Shown: positions 24,885-38,226 of the stretch, one piece after another
Numbering within the stretch: position 1 is the stretch's first letter
How the letters are laid out: every line of letters begins with the position of its first letter
Origin: Eledone cirrhosa
Lineage: Eukaryota
NCBI GenBank assembly: GCA_964016885.1
Contig: OZ024741.1
Location: forward strand, 294,500,001-294,564,000
Length of the DNA stretch: 64,000 nucleotides
Reading direction: 5' to 3'
Position numbers and translations under genes: made by a program
Notes under the pieces: model-generated
The model's database searches: none
What the model was told of the DNA's origin: nothing
The model's input: only the letters and a program-made list of their open reading frames with translations

Positions 24885-26764
24885 TACTTTTGGAGGGTTG
24901 GTAGCAAGGGTTGGACTGGTCTTCGCAGACCCAGTCAATACTGAAGCGGGACTTCAGAGCTCCCAAACAGACCAGGGGTTCATGGCTCACTTACATATGG
25001 TAGAGAGTGGAACCATATGTAAGCAAGCTGTGGACCTCACACACACACATAATTTCTTCTCCCTATATCACCAAAACACTCCAACTTCTAATTATTGCAT
25101 TATCCTATCTTTCCCCAGAAGGTACCTATTACATCGTTATTATCAATTTCTTTCTTACTGCTACCACTACCACCTACTCCCCTCCTTCGTAACGTCAGTA
25201 CAGTTGAACACAATATGAAAATAGAATAAAACCTTCCCAATTAGTACACAATTTTAAATCCGGATACAAATAACTTTCAAACTTAATTTGTAATATTTAT
25301 TTTATTTAGTTCTTCAGTTTCTTCTTTTTTCCCCATTTTCTCTCTCTCTTTCCTCTCTCTCTCTCTCTCTCTCTCTCTACCTGGAATGTTGAAAATAGTT
25401 TTAAGCTGGCTTCCTTTAAACTTTCAACTCCTCTGCGGTAATTTTGTATGTCGCATTGGAGACTGGGTTGGGTGGAAAGGTGTTGTTTCCTATATTTTGA
25501 AGATGAAGAAACATCTCCAGTTTTGTAGAGAAAAAAATGGTTATGCTATGGCAGTGATAGCAAAACAAAGAGCATCTCTATGTATGTGGTGGTATGTAAC
25601 ATTGATTAAAGAAGGCTGTTATGCCATGGTATTTGTGAGGGGTCTCACCACTATTTAACTCTGAACAACTTGTACGGATTTAGCAGAAAATATCTAAAAA
25701 CGGGTTTGTTAATACAAATTTTTATATTTACATTAGTGGATTATTTACAATATTAGAATGAAGTCTTCAATTTTTAAAGAGATACAGTCACAATGCTGTT
25801 TTATACTTTTCATGAATATCTTGTGGTACAGGTCATTAAGATTTATATATAATACCAAACATTGAAAATCATACTGAATATAATTCTATAAGTAGTAGTG
25901 CAAGCATAGTAGTGGGGTGTGAAGTGGGGCGCAATCTTTCCCCTTTCCATAAAGGTATGAAGAGGCATAACATTTTCTCTGCCTTATCACGCCTCTTAAT
26001 TTACTTGTGGGTTACCAAAAGTATCTTTGCCCCCTCAGACACTGAATGCCTTTGCGACATCACCGAGTGGTTGTTGTAGTTAAGTGTGTTTGTATGTAAC
26101 AGTGAGTTGTCTAATGCAAACCCTACTGTATTCAGTGAGGTTTGTGATACTTGATGATACAGTAATATTTGAAAATTTGATGGTGATATAGCTACTTGGA
26201 AGTTTCACTGTGTAAAAATTGAAGTGTAATGCAGCTATAGTTATAAACACTTGCCCAAGGTGCCACCTGCTGGGACAGAACAGAAAACAAGACAATATAA
26301 TTGCAAAGTAAAGTTCTTAATCACACAGCCATGACTGTGGCAATTATGGTTGATGTTAAATGTTAAGAAAATAAATGTCACATTATAAGTTGACATTTGA
26401 AATTTCTGAATATGGAGTCATAAAAATTAAAACAGGGAAAGTATCCCAAATCGTGCTCCCTAAAAAATAAAAGTATATCTCAATTTAATTTGCAGTGCAT
26501 TGACTGTACTCATGGGGGGTTTCATTTTGTTCATCTGTCCAACATCCTTCTCACAAACACACATAAAATAGGGGCTGTCAAATGAAGCAGAGATGCTGAT
26601 GGATGATGTAATTTTGTAGTCAATCATAAAAAGGGGCTGCCGGATGAAACAGAGGAACTAACGATGATGTAATTTTGTTTTCAATCAATAAAACTAAAAG
26701 CTTAAATTGCATACCTCAGGGTGCTACAAAATCAGCAGATCTATAAATCAATACAAAAAGAAAT

Positions 26765-27255
26765 TTGTAGCAGCAGAAACAACAGCAACAATAGTAGCAA
26801 CAGCACCAACAACTACAGCTGTTGCAGCAGCAGCAGCAACAGCAGCAGCAATAGCAGCAATAGTAGCAACAGTATCAACAACTACAGGAGAAACAACTAC
26901 AGCAGCTGCAGCAGCAACAGAAACAGTAGCTACAACAGCAACAACAATTAGAGCCACCACCAACAACAACAGCAACAACAGTTGAAAATACAACAGCAGC
27001 ACCAACAACAATAGAACTACCACCAACAGCAACTGTAGAAATAACAATAACAGCAGCAGAATCACAAAATAACAGTAAAACCAACAACAACAGCAGCAAT
27101 GGCAAAAACAACAGCAAAACCAACAACAACAGCAATAATAAGAACAGCAGCAATGATTAAAGACAGCAACAACAACTGCAAAAACCAACAACCACAGCAG
27201 CAACAGCAGTAGAAACAATAATAACATTAATAACAGTAGAACCGACAACAACAAT
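26765..27255. repeat. (CAA)/(CAG)n low-complexity tract
   Basis: Direct reading; source of poly-A/T, poly-S/N and poly-L ORFs. Confidence 0.9.
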
Positions 27256-27959
27256 ATTATATTTGAAGTAATCTTCTCTGTTATAAACATATTTCCATTC
27301 TACCTTGTTGTTTAGCCCCAGATCATTCCTGTTGAAAATAAAAAGGATCAAAGACATTCCAGCCATGGCCAATTGGTCTTTTACTGTATATCAGTATATC
27401 AGAGACTTCACTATTCAATGAATCCTTGTTTTTATTTAATGAAATGAGTTGAAAAAGATTTGGCTGCTATTTCTAGTTTTTTTAGTAACCACATCTTGTC
27501 TCAATACTGTGTGTTCTACTTGCTTCATGTGGTTTCTGTATTGTTTTGTTTTTAGTGGGGAGACTAGAAACATTGTTGAATCATTTCAATAATGACAAAG
27601 CTGTGAATTTTTCATAAATATAAACATTTGTTTTTATTTGGTTAAACATACAGAAAAAGAAAGCAGCTTTGGAAAGAACTATGAATGCCATAAATGAGAG
27701 GAAAAGGAAGGGAGGAGCAAGGACTATTGGACAAAGGAAGAAAGAAAGGGGGAAGAGGAAAGGCTGATAAACTCTACACTTATGTCAGAGCGGACAATGG
27801 CCAGCAACACGCTGCAACAGCTACACCACCTTTCAGGGTTCCTTCCTCAGACAGGCTGCTATCGATCCAATTTCACAGAGGAGGTCAGTAGTGAATTGGT
27901 AGTGTTCTTGAAATGTGGGATCATCATTCTACAACTTCAGCCAAAATAGACTCAAAAAT

Positions 27960-28052
27960 TGAATTGATCTCCACATAGTTTTGTTACTCATTGCATTGCC
28001 TAGATCCCCAACATCAATACCAGAGTCTCTGGTTATGACATCTCGATATAGT
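27960..28052 (-). mobile_element. RTE-X-like LINE extreme 3' remnant
   Basis: Minus strand reads LYRDVITRDSGIDVGDLGNAMSNKTMWRSI. Confidence 0.5.
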
Positions 28053-28079
28053 AGCTTGCAACCATAGTGGTAGGTAGCA

Positions 28080-28260
28080 TGTGGCCTAGTGGTAAGTGTG
28101 TTGGGCTTACATCATAATGTTGTGGGTTCTATTCCTGGGCTGAGTTGTGTGTTGTGTTCTTTAGTAAAACACTTCATTTCAGGTTGCTACTCAGATGAAA
28201 ATGAGTACCAGCAGTAGCTAGAGATTTAACTCTGTGATGGAGTGGCATCCTGTCCGGGAT
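28080..28260 (+). mobile_element. Second, older tRNA-derived SINE family
   Basis: A-box-like TGGCCTAGTGGTAAG, B-box-like GGTTCTATTCC, then TGTTCTTTAGTAAAACACTT; relatives at 3200-3335(-), 21135-21310, 52990-53110(-), 55090-55345(-). Confidence 0.7.
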
Positions 28261-29198
28261 GGGGAGGGGGTATACACAGCTTCATTTGAAACATGATGGT
28301 AATGTAGTGCAAGCCTCACCATGCTCTTTCACACAATATCAGAAAAATGTGGGAGATCATTGTATATTTCTCTAAGTGTGGGATAGAATGGCTTGTGGTG
28401 TTTGTTCCAGTTCCTTATGTTTTGAATTCAAATCCCATCAAGATCAACTTTACTTTTCATCCTTTCGGTATTGGTAAATAAAGTATCTGTCCACTGTTGA
28501 GCGGAATTCTTCCTCCCCACTCTTTCCGACTATTTCTTTCATCTTCTTTCCACTATGCCATCTTTTCCCTTTCTTTTCAACTTCAGTCACATCTTTCATC
28601 CCTTCTATCTTTCTATATTTCTCTATTGTTTTTTTTTGTGCGGGGGGGGGGTGGTTCTTGGAATGAAATTGACTTTAATCAGATGAGGGATGAAACACTT
28701 GCTGGGGTGGTAGGGGGTGCTCTTCTCTAAAGACCTCCAGCCCTCCTGAGAGTTTCTTACCACTGGAGAGGATTAACCTGAACCATGTTTAAAATGTAAT
28801 TACTCACTGATCATATGTTGTAAGCAATCAATGAGTAATCATAAAACTTAGAGTAGCAACAGACAAATCTCAGAATTATAATAAACAAAAATTACACACC
28901 TCTTTTGATGTCGAGAATTTTTTCTTTGTGTTTAAAAATCCAGCATGCACCTCTTAACCACTATATCCCCACCACACACTCCTGTCCACATAACCCTTAC
29001 ACTGTAAAGTAGTCATGTAGGAGTCACAACAAATAGAACCCAGCACACACTGTCAATGTGGTTGTCGTTAGGAAGGACATCCAGTCAGAAACAGTTCAAT
29101 ATGAGTAAGACACAGTCACCTGACCCAACTGGCATCAAATTGGGATGACCCATCTTACCCATGTTAGCGTGGAAAATGGACGTTAAATATATATATAT

Positions 29199-29587
29199 AG
29201 TATAAAAGAGAAAACACAGGTAAGCATTAAGAGAAGGGTTTTATTCAGGTATTTACGACCGTTTCATTGGTAAGTGCAACCTTATATTGCTATACTGCAA
29301 ATTTTGAAATTTTAAAAATTTGGACTATGAACAACAATTATATTTGAGTGGCTGCTATTTGCAGTATAGCAATATAAGGTTGCACTTACCAATGAAACGG
29401 TCGTAAATACCTGGATAAAATCCTCCTCTTAATGCTTACCTGTGTTTTCTCTTTTATACTCCAAGATTGAATGGAATTCTTACGAACTTGTGGAGTTACC
29501 CCTAACCGTACGTTGAAACCATCCAGGAAACTGGCTTTCTTAACCACGAACTGGATCACAAAAAGCAATTTTCTGCTTCCCTAACTA
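29199..29587 (+). mobile_element. Fold-back mini-insert in (TA)n (104-bp arms plus 127-bp tail)
   Basis: 29199-29302 is the reverse complement of 29357-29460 with a few transitions; GAAACGGTCGTA in the forward arm. Confidence 0.7.
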
Positions 29588-30816
29588 TATATATATATAT
29601 ATATATATGCATATATGTATATATGATGCACCAAAATTATGGGGATAAAAACAAGAAGGGATGTTTCTGTTTCTCCATTTTACTCCAGTTTTCGAATGCC
29701 TGTTGTTCTTGTTGTCTGTGTTCAGTCTTTGACGTCATCATCATCATCATCATTGTTTTATGCTCATTTTTCCATGCCTGCTAGGTTTCGATGTTCTTTG
29801 CCAGCACAGCATCCCTCTACTTATGTCAACAGCATCATCATCGTCGTTTTAACGTTTTCTTTCTCTGATAGCTAGGATTGGACAGGTCGACACAGACTAA
29901 GTAAGTACTGAAGTGAGACTGCTGATCTCCTGGACAGGCCAGGGATCTGTGTCTTGCTTATGTATAGTCTCACATTCTACCATGTGCACAAGAGAAGTTG
30001 TCATGTCTTTGACAGAACTGAGGGTCCACCTAAACCTTTATTTGGTAAGCTTCCTATAGCTGGATGCCCTTCCTATCACCAACCACTTTAGAGCATGTAC
30101 TGGGTGTGTTTATCATGTAGGTCACCAACATTAGGGAGGTTGTCATGTCCTTGATATGACTGAGGGGCCCTTTGTTTGGCAAGTTTTAATGAATTGATGA
30201 ACTACAAAATTGGACCTCAGCAGAATTTGAACTCAAGACCTAAAGAGAACATAACTAAATACAGCAAGGAAATTTATCCCAATGCTACAAAGATTATGCC
30301 ATAATCAACATCACCATCGCTGCCACCACCATGATATAACGTCTGTTTTTACAAGAACTCTCATGAATGACCTCAACAAACCTGGAGATGTTATTTAACA
30401 CAACAATAAATCATAGACTTTTTCTCACTCCATATTTTATTGGATTAAAGGAAAATCAATTGAAACCATTGGATATTTCTCAAAATATTATCTAAGATTA
30501 TTATAGCATTGATAATGAACAAGTGGACTTCCGTTGATAAGTGGCTGTTGCAGTCTTTGTTACTATCTTTCATATCTTATAAGATGTTATTGGAAAATTT
30601 AAGTCTTCGCATCAGCTTGTTAGAGACCAAAAGAGAGGGAGACAACTAAATTGCAACCACTATCTCACAATTCAGATGAGAAATTTAAAACTATAATTGT
30701 CTAATACATGTGTGTGTGTGTGTAGTGCCAAGAATTTCTGAAAAATAGATCAAGGCAAAAAAGGGAGGAAAAACTCTATGTAATGTAGAGACTCAAAATA
30801 TTTTTTTTATGAATGA

Positions 30817-30954
30817 GATCTCAACACAAATGCATGCTACCTAAGGTTTCAAACTTCAACCAGCATAGGACATAGTAAACTAACAGATATAGAATGTCTG
30901 TCCTATGCTGGTTGAATTTTAAAACTTTAGGTAGCATGCATTTGTGTTAAGATC
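30817..30954. repeat. Fold-back inverted repeat (56-bp arms, 26-nt spacer)
   Basis: 30817-30872 / 30899-30954, adjacent to (TA)n. Confidence 0.9.
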
Positions 30955-30960
30955 ATACTC

Positions 30961-30994
<34 letters not shown>

Positions 30995-30997
<3 letters not shown>

Positions 30998-31202
30998 AGA
31001 TCAAAAGATGGTTAAAGGAGTTCCATATATTTTATTATGCGCATTTCAAAAACAAACATCATCAAACAATAATATTTGCGTTTTCATCAGATAAAATAGG
31101 AGAACATGATATGAAGGCTAAAAAACACTTGTTGATAGTGCAGTTTTAAATCAACATATCTGCATTGCTTTATTGTACTACAATAAAACTCACCTCCTAC
31201 AT
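30995..31202 (-). mobile_element. PLE-A-derived mini-element with hammerhead
   Basis: Homologous to 5580-5735, joined to the PLE-A tail in opposite orientation; (TA)n flanks. Confidence 0.85.
31028..31098 (-). ncRNA. Type I hammerhead ribozyme motif (PLE-A family)
   Basis: Core and stems I and III identical to 7337-7407; stem II variants retain pairing. Confidence 0.8.
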
Positions 31203-31223
31203 TATATATATATATATATATAT

Positions 31224-31456
31224 TGTTTCTGAGTTTGTTTAGCAAGATTGTTTATCTGAAAACGTGTATTGAAACCGATATTGTTATGCTTTGGGAGGGT
31301 CATATTGCCAATATATGAACAACCTTCCGGTTATGGAACCAACCAACCAACCGGAAATTTATAAATTCTTAAATTTATAAATTTAATTTATAATAAATTG
31401 GAGTGAAAGCAACTGGTGCGTATGTTTCTTATTGGCAACATGACCCTCCCAAAGCA

Positions 31457-31460
<4 letters not shown>
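31224..31460 (+). mobile_element. PLE-B-derived fold-back mini-element
   Basis: Homologous to 44985-45198; IR 31283-31313 / 31430-31460; (TA)n flanks. Confidence 0.85.
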
Positions 31461-31532
<72 letters not shown>

Positions 31533-34500
31533 CCCATCCTTCTCTATTCCTCTCTCTCTTTCTCATAAGAATGGAAGAAGAAAGTCTATACACTCACAAA
31601 TTCTATTGTCCCAGATAATGGGATAATCACCAAATTTTAAAAACATATTTGGTTGAATTACATTGTTGAGTGTTAGTTGTAGTCAGCCATCCTCTTTTGT
31701 TTTGTAATATTTTAGTCAGAAGGGGATGAACACCAACTAAAACTCTTTTTGCAGCCTCCAAGACTGGGAGAATAAAGGAATGGGAAAATTATTTTTAGAT
31801 TGAAGACCTAGTCCAGATACTTTCAACAGATGGTGGTATTAAACTGACTGATGGGCGAATTCTACCATTCATGTAACCCACAGCAGGATTTGAACTTAGA
31901 ATGTAGAATTCTAAGAAGAAATTTTTGTCTAGAAAGGCTTCTCCTATATGTTTGTTCCATATTCTTCAGATATTTGATGGTTATAGATTGTCATATACAT
32001 CTGTTAAAGAATTTATATTCTATTTTCTATTTTATCCATTGTCAAGTGAACTTTGAGAAATAAATAGAATAGAATTTTTTTAAAGGTGACTGAATTCTCA
32101 CCCCTTTCTCTAAAGAAATATATATATGTAAAAACAAGTAAAGAAAATACACAGAATCAATCATAATAATAAAATTGTTCAAAAAATCCCTACAATATGT
32201 GCTTCTGCCTGTGTGCACATATTTGTTTGCATAAGTGTGTGTGTGATTTGCATATGTCTCTGTGTGAGTGTATTTGGTCTTTCCAATGAATCAATATTTT
32301 CTCAAGCAGTTATCGATTATTATATTCCTGTCTTGTGTCTTATTATTCTTATTCTTCTTCTTATGCCATTGTAACACCACACTTCACTTCTCTCTTCTTC
32401 CTTCACTTCAACTTCTTCTTATTATTATTATAATTCTTCTTCTGCACTTTTATATGCTATCATGATACGCTTTGTTAGAGCAGTGCTTGTGCCGATAATT
32501 CTGCAGACAACTGAAACATAAGGCAACAATATTTTCTAATTAAAGCACAATATGATCATGTGGCTTCTTCGCTACATTCAGCTAGAACATTAGCAGCAGA
32601 TATTTCCTAATTATTTCTGTCAAAACACTTCAACTATCTTTCCACTAAATCTTAATATAGGGTTTACTTTGGGGGATTTTTTTTTCTCGCTTAGATATTC
32701 TTCTGCATGTTTACAGGAATATATTAAACAAATAATATTATCAGGGAATAAATCTTTGCAGAAAGTGAAGAATTCACTTCTAAGAGCATCACATATATGG
32801 TGGCTATATGATACACCTTAAGACAACTTGATGAAATAATTTTATTTATGAAAATATATTTAACCCTTTTGATACCAATCCACATGAAACCACTCCTGGT
32901 TCTATGATATGAATCTGTTTATCATAAAGTGTTTATGAAAACCTTCCATTATAATTTTATGTAAGAAACTTTGTTGAGAAAATTGGTTATAGTCCTAAAT
33001 CTCTCAAATTCTTGACTACTTTCAAAATTAATTGAAAATCATAGGCAGTGTCTTTTATTAGAAATATGGTTACAAAGGATCAATTTTTCCATATGAAAAA
33101 TATTTAATTGATAATTTTGCAAATATATGTGAGTACAATCAGGATTTCTCCTTGAAGTTGTTGATTGACAGAATGAATCATTGTAGTATTTGTTACAGGT
33201 CTTTATGTTCTGAGTTTAAATCCTGCCCACTCAACTTTACTTACTCTCCGGTCCCAAATAATGGGGAGGGGGGAATCGATAATTTTTCTATGTAGTCTCC
33301 CTTGATTTTTTAAAAAACCAGAAGTCATTTAATTTACATATTGAGACCCAAACCCATCCTATTTATTTCATAGCGTATGTTCTTGTAATGTTCTTTTTTG
33401 TCATGTATATGTTTTAATGTCTAAAAAAAAATTGTCACAGAGATGCTACCATTAAAATAAAATTTCACTGGAGATTGATAAGTAAAATTTATTAAGCAGT
33501 GGGAAGTTGAATAAGAGCAGTGATGGGGGAGTGTCTAGAAAAAATCTGAAAAATAACAAGGGAATAACAATTATTCGAGACCTGAGAGTACTCTCAACTC
33601 GCTTTGACTGGAATGGAGATGACTATCCACAAGAATTAGACTTGTGTAGTGAGCTGGCTCTTTCAGAAAATCTCCCATGTCATCCTCTTTCTGAACATCT
33701 CCCTTACCATCCTCTTTTGGCACATCTCTCATACCATCGTCTGGGTTAACATGTTTACCATTTTGTATGTCAGGATCATGAAACATTGGCATGGTATGCT
33801 AGGATATCATTTGTTTGATGTATTCATGAAATATAAATATCTAGATCCTTAGCCCTTTTAATACTAAACTGTCCAAAGCCACCTCTGGTGATGAAACCAT
33901 CACATTATAAAATGTCTGTATTCAATTCATCATAGTTTTATGTAAGAACATAATATGTTCCAAAAACCAATGTAATGATGAAAAAATTGTTTTATTCCAA
34001 ATTCTGGATTAGTTTCAGAGTTAATTAAAACATATAGACAGGTGCCCAGCATCGCCACAGCTACTTAACTGGAACACATAAAAGAGGTGTATTTTATAAG
34101 AAACCAGCCCAGTGCTCTCTATAATGACAGCAACAGCATTAAACGTACTTAATTCTTGAAGTTCAAGGACAAATGTTGTGTTACAAAACAGGACCTAGTG
34201 TGTGGAAGGGGAAATTCTTATAGTAACATGACTGAGATAGGAAATTTATTGGCCGTATGTGTGTGGAAATGTTAAAGAGTTACAAACAGATATATATGTA
34301 AGTTAATCATTTCATGTCCATAATAATATGCCATGTTTGTTTGTATATATATATAGACAATCATGGATATTATTATGGACATGAAAGTAGGTGTTATTGT
34401 TAAAGATCAATTACTGTGGAAGGAAAGGGGAGAAGGGGATTGATGTTAGTTTAGTCAGAGTTTTGGAGTGAGAAATTTTGATTAAGGTGATAGAATGAAA

Positions 34501-35215
34501 AGTAGTGGGAGACAGGAGAGTGATTGTTAGTAAGGACAGTGAGAGGGTGTTAGTGAGAGGTTTGTTGAGCTAGAGACATGGAGTGAAAGAAGGAGGAAGA
34601 GAGAAAGAGGAGAAAGAAAGAGAGCTAGAGAAAGAAGGAGGAAAAGAGAAAGAAAGAGGAGAAAGAGAGAATGAAGGACATGTTGAAGGAGAAAGAGAGA
34701 GAGAGGGAGAGCAAGAGAGAGAGACCGAAGCTGTGTTAGTGAACACCATTTCAGTTGTATATAACTAACCAAACATTAGTTTATAACCTACACACTATGT
34801 GTTATTATAACAACTGAGCACAGAGTTAGCTTTGTTAATTAATGAATTAATTAATCAATTAATTAATTTGTTGTAGAAATTTGGTAAATTAATGGATGTT
34901 TTCTGATGGACTTTGTTCTAATTAAAAACAAATTTATTATCAATCCTCCTCTACTGCTCTTCTTCTCTCCATTTCACATAAGCACCTGTTTTTTGTGTTG
35001 ATAGAAAAACTTTTGCCTTGTTGGTTTCGTTTCTTCTCTCTGTTGTTTGTTTAAGAAGAGAGATGTATAGATAACTAGAGAGAGAGAGAGAGAATTTGGA
35101 ATGAAGCAAAGGAAAACAAATTCAGAGAATGGAAAGTATATATATATACACACACACACAATGTATACAATATATATATATATATGTGTGTTTATATATA
35201 TATATTGTATATATA

Positions 35216-38028
35216 TCATCATCATCATCATAATCATCATCATTTTACATCCGCTCTTCCCTGCTTGCAAGGGTGGGATGGGTCTTATTCAGCACAGCAT
35301 CTCTCCACTTATCACAGTCCTTCGTCATCTCCACCGTGAGCTTCAGCGATCTGAGGTCTGTTCTCACCACCTCCGTCCATGTTTTTCATGGTATACCTCT
35401 ACCACGTCTTCCTTCAACTGGCAATTCCTAGCACTTCTTTACCCATCGGTCATCCTCCATGCGCATCACATGTCCATACCACCTCAGTCTCCTCTCCCAT
35501 ACACTACATTCTATCCCTCTCAGACACTGTTTCTCTCTCAACACATTCATGCTGGGTCATTCATACACATTGACACTGCACATCCAACGGAGCATGCTTG
35601 CCTCATTTCTCTCCAGCCGTCGCATATCCTCTGCAGTTGTTGCCCATGTCTCACTACCATGCAACATCGCGCTCCTCACACAGGCATCATATAACCGGCC
35701 TTTCGTACACAGGGAGAAACCCTTCTTCGTCAGCAGAGGAAGCAGCTCCCTAAACTTCTTCTAACCCGTCCTTATTCTAGATACTATGGCCTCAGAAAAC
35801 CCCCTCCCATGCTAATCTGATCTCCTAGGTACCGGAAGCTATCCACCACTTCTATAGCACCCGCCAGCATTTGAAAAATGTGTCTATCAATGCGACTTCT
35901 ACTGTCTAATTTCCCTATACATCTACTGCATACATATTTCTCCCTACCTGTTAGTTTGCCTGCTATCCCGCTACATCTCTTGTGTACCCAGGATCTGCAT
36001 TGTGTGCATTTTATAGAATTTATGCCAGTTCCTTTTCTGCATATCGAACATGGCCATTTTCCTGACAGAATCAGATATTTGTCCTCTTTTCTACTCACCA
36101 ACACTTTTGTCTTAGCTAGCTTCACTCTCAGTCCTCTTGCTTCCAACTGCTGTTTCCATAGCCAGAATTTATTCTCTAGCTCCTCTACTGATTCTGCTAT
36201 AAGAACCAGATCGTCAGCATAGAGAAGTTCCCATGGACAGCCAGTCTTAAACTCCTCTGTTATGGCTTGGAGGACTATAATGAACAAGAGCGGGCTGAGG
36301 ACCAAACCTTAATGTACTCCTACTTGTATCTGGAATTCTTCACTAAACTTCATACCTACCCTGACTTTACTGAGAGTACCTCTGTACAAAGTTTGCACTG
36401 TCCTCACAAGCCATTCCTCAACACCTAGCTTCCTTAGGGACCACCAGATGACAGATCGGGGTACCCTATCAAAGGCCTTCTCTAGGTCAACAAAGGCTAA
36501 GTATAGTGGCATATTTTTCTCTAAGAACCTCTCTTGCAATTGTCTCAGCAAGAAGAGGGCATCTGTTGTACTCTTCCCAGGCACAAAACCAAACTGCCTC
36601 TCATCTAGTTTGACCCTTTCTCTAATTAGTTGTGTTAATATCCTTTCTGCCACTTTCATAACCTGATCCATCAGTTTTATACCCCTATAATTGCTCCTCT
36701 CCAGAGCATCCCCTTTACCTTTGTAGCTATTTATGAGAATACTGCTGCAGCAGTCTTTGGGTATGACACCACCATATATAGCCTGATTGATGATGCGTGC
36801 AACCAGCTTAGTGCCTACGTCCTCTGATGCCTTCAGCATCTCAGCAACTATTCCCGATGGTCGAGCAGCTTTACCATTTTTTCATTTCCTTAATCGCCTC
36901 TTGGACCCTATATTCGTCAATCTCAATAGCTGGTCCCTCTGTTGGATCTACTGAGGGTAATTTCTCTCTCTCCCATTCGTTCTCCACATTCATCAGTCTC
37001 TCATAATGACATTTCCAGGCCTCCTTTTTCTGATCATTCGTGACACTAAGTACACCAGCATCGTTCCGGACACATTTATCTCCAACAACATCCTGATTTG
37101 CATTGACACACTGCCTTGCAATGTGGAACACCGCACGCCTCTGATCTTCCCGTCGCAGAACATTGGCAAACCTCCTACTCTCAGCCTCCCTGCGTGCTAA
37201 GTACACCTGACGTCTAGCTTCTCTCTTAGCAGCTGTATATTCTTCCCTACTCCCACCCTTTTTCCATGCTAGTCTTTTGGCTCTAATGGCCTTATCTACT
37301 ATGCTGTTCCACCACCAGGTGACTCTCTGTCTGGTTGGAGCTCTGCTCCAGCCACAAGTTTCATCAGTAGCCTGCAGTAAGTTGTCACATAAGAAAACCC
37401 AGTTATTATCTATGTCATACGTCTCTAAATCGTCTTCTTTTTCATCATACCCATCTTGAATGGCTTTCCTAAATTTGTATTTTAGTGAAAGGTCTTTTAG
37501 CTTCCAGACCTTTCTTCTCCACACCTTCCTGTATGTCTCATTCCATCTCTTGCTTACTGAGATATGACTAACGACTAACCTATGCTGTGGGTACATTCTT
37601 CCCCAGGGTATGCCTTGGTATTAGACACTATCTGCCTGTCCCACTGCCTAACTAGTAAGAAGTCAATCTGGCTTATGTGCTCGCCAGATTTGTAGGTTAT
37701 TAGGTGGTTGGCAGGTGTCTGGAAGTTTGTGTTGCAAATAGTCAGTGTATTTGCATCACAAAATTCAAGAAGTCTCACTCCTTCTTCATTTCTTGAGCCG
37801 TAACCGTGCCCACCATGTACCCCAGTGTAACCATCCTGGAGCTGTCCAACATGACCATTGAAGTCCCCTGCTAGCATAACGATATCTCCGTCCTCTGTCA
37901 TTGCGGTTGTTTGTAAAAGTTGCTCGTAAAAGCAGTCTTTCTCATCTTTGCCTAGGCCTGCGTGGGGAGCATAGGCAGAGATGATTGTCAGTAGTCTCCT
38001 GCCTACAACTAATCTAAGCTTAATTATT
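35216..38028 (-). mobile_element. RTE-clade LINE, 5'-truncated, ORF disrupted
   Basis: APE endonuclease motifs (AGDFNGHVG, SQIDFLLV), RT motifs (NYRGIKL, QFGFVPGKST, FVDLEKAFDRV, LYADD), RTE C-terminus and (GAT)n tail; several stops and frameshifts. Confidence 0.95.
35300..38028 (-). pseudogene. RTE ORF (AP endonuclease plus reverse transcriptase), broken
   Basis: ORF-track pieces 37575-37901, 36871-37596, 36309-36839 and 35784-36305. Confidence 0.9.
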
Positions 38029-38068
38029 TGATTACTAACTCGAACTAGCTCGAACTACCTTATATATA

Positions 38069-38124
<56 letters not shown>

Positions 38125-38177
38125 TGTATATATATATATATATATAATATATATACACACACATACACACAATGTAT

Positions 38178-38212
<35 letters not shown>

Positions 38213-38226
38213 ATGAAATAATAATG

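Noticed and set aside
26707-27290. Mucin-like, poly-Gln or membrane-like ORFs
   Set aside because: Open on both strands only because of the (CAA/CAG)n composition; no splice or domain evidence.
27782-27949. 55-aa plus-strand ORF (MSERTMASNTLQQ..)
   Set aside because: Loosely resembles an RTE-X C-terminal remnant and sits next to one; no support as a host exon.
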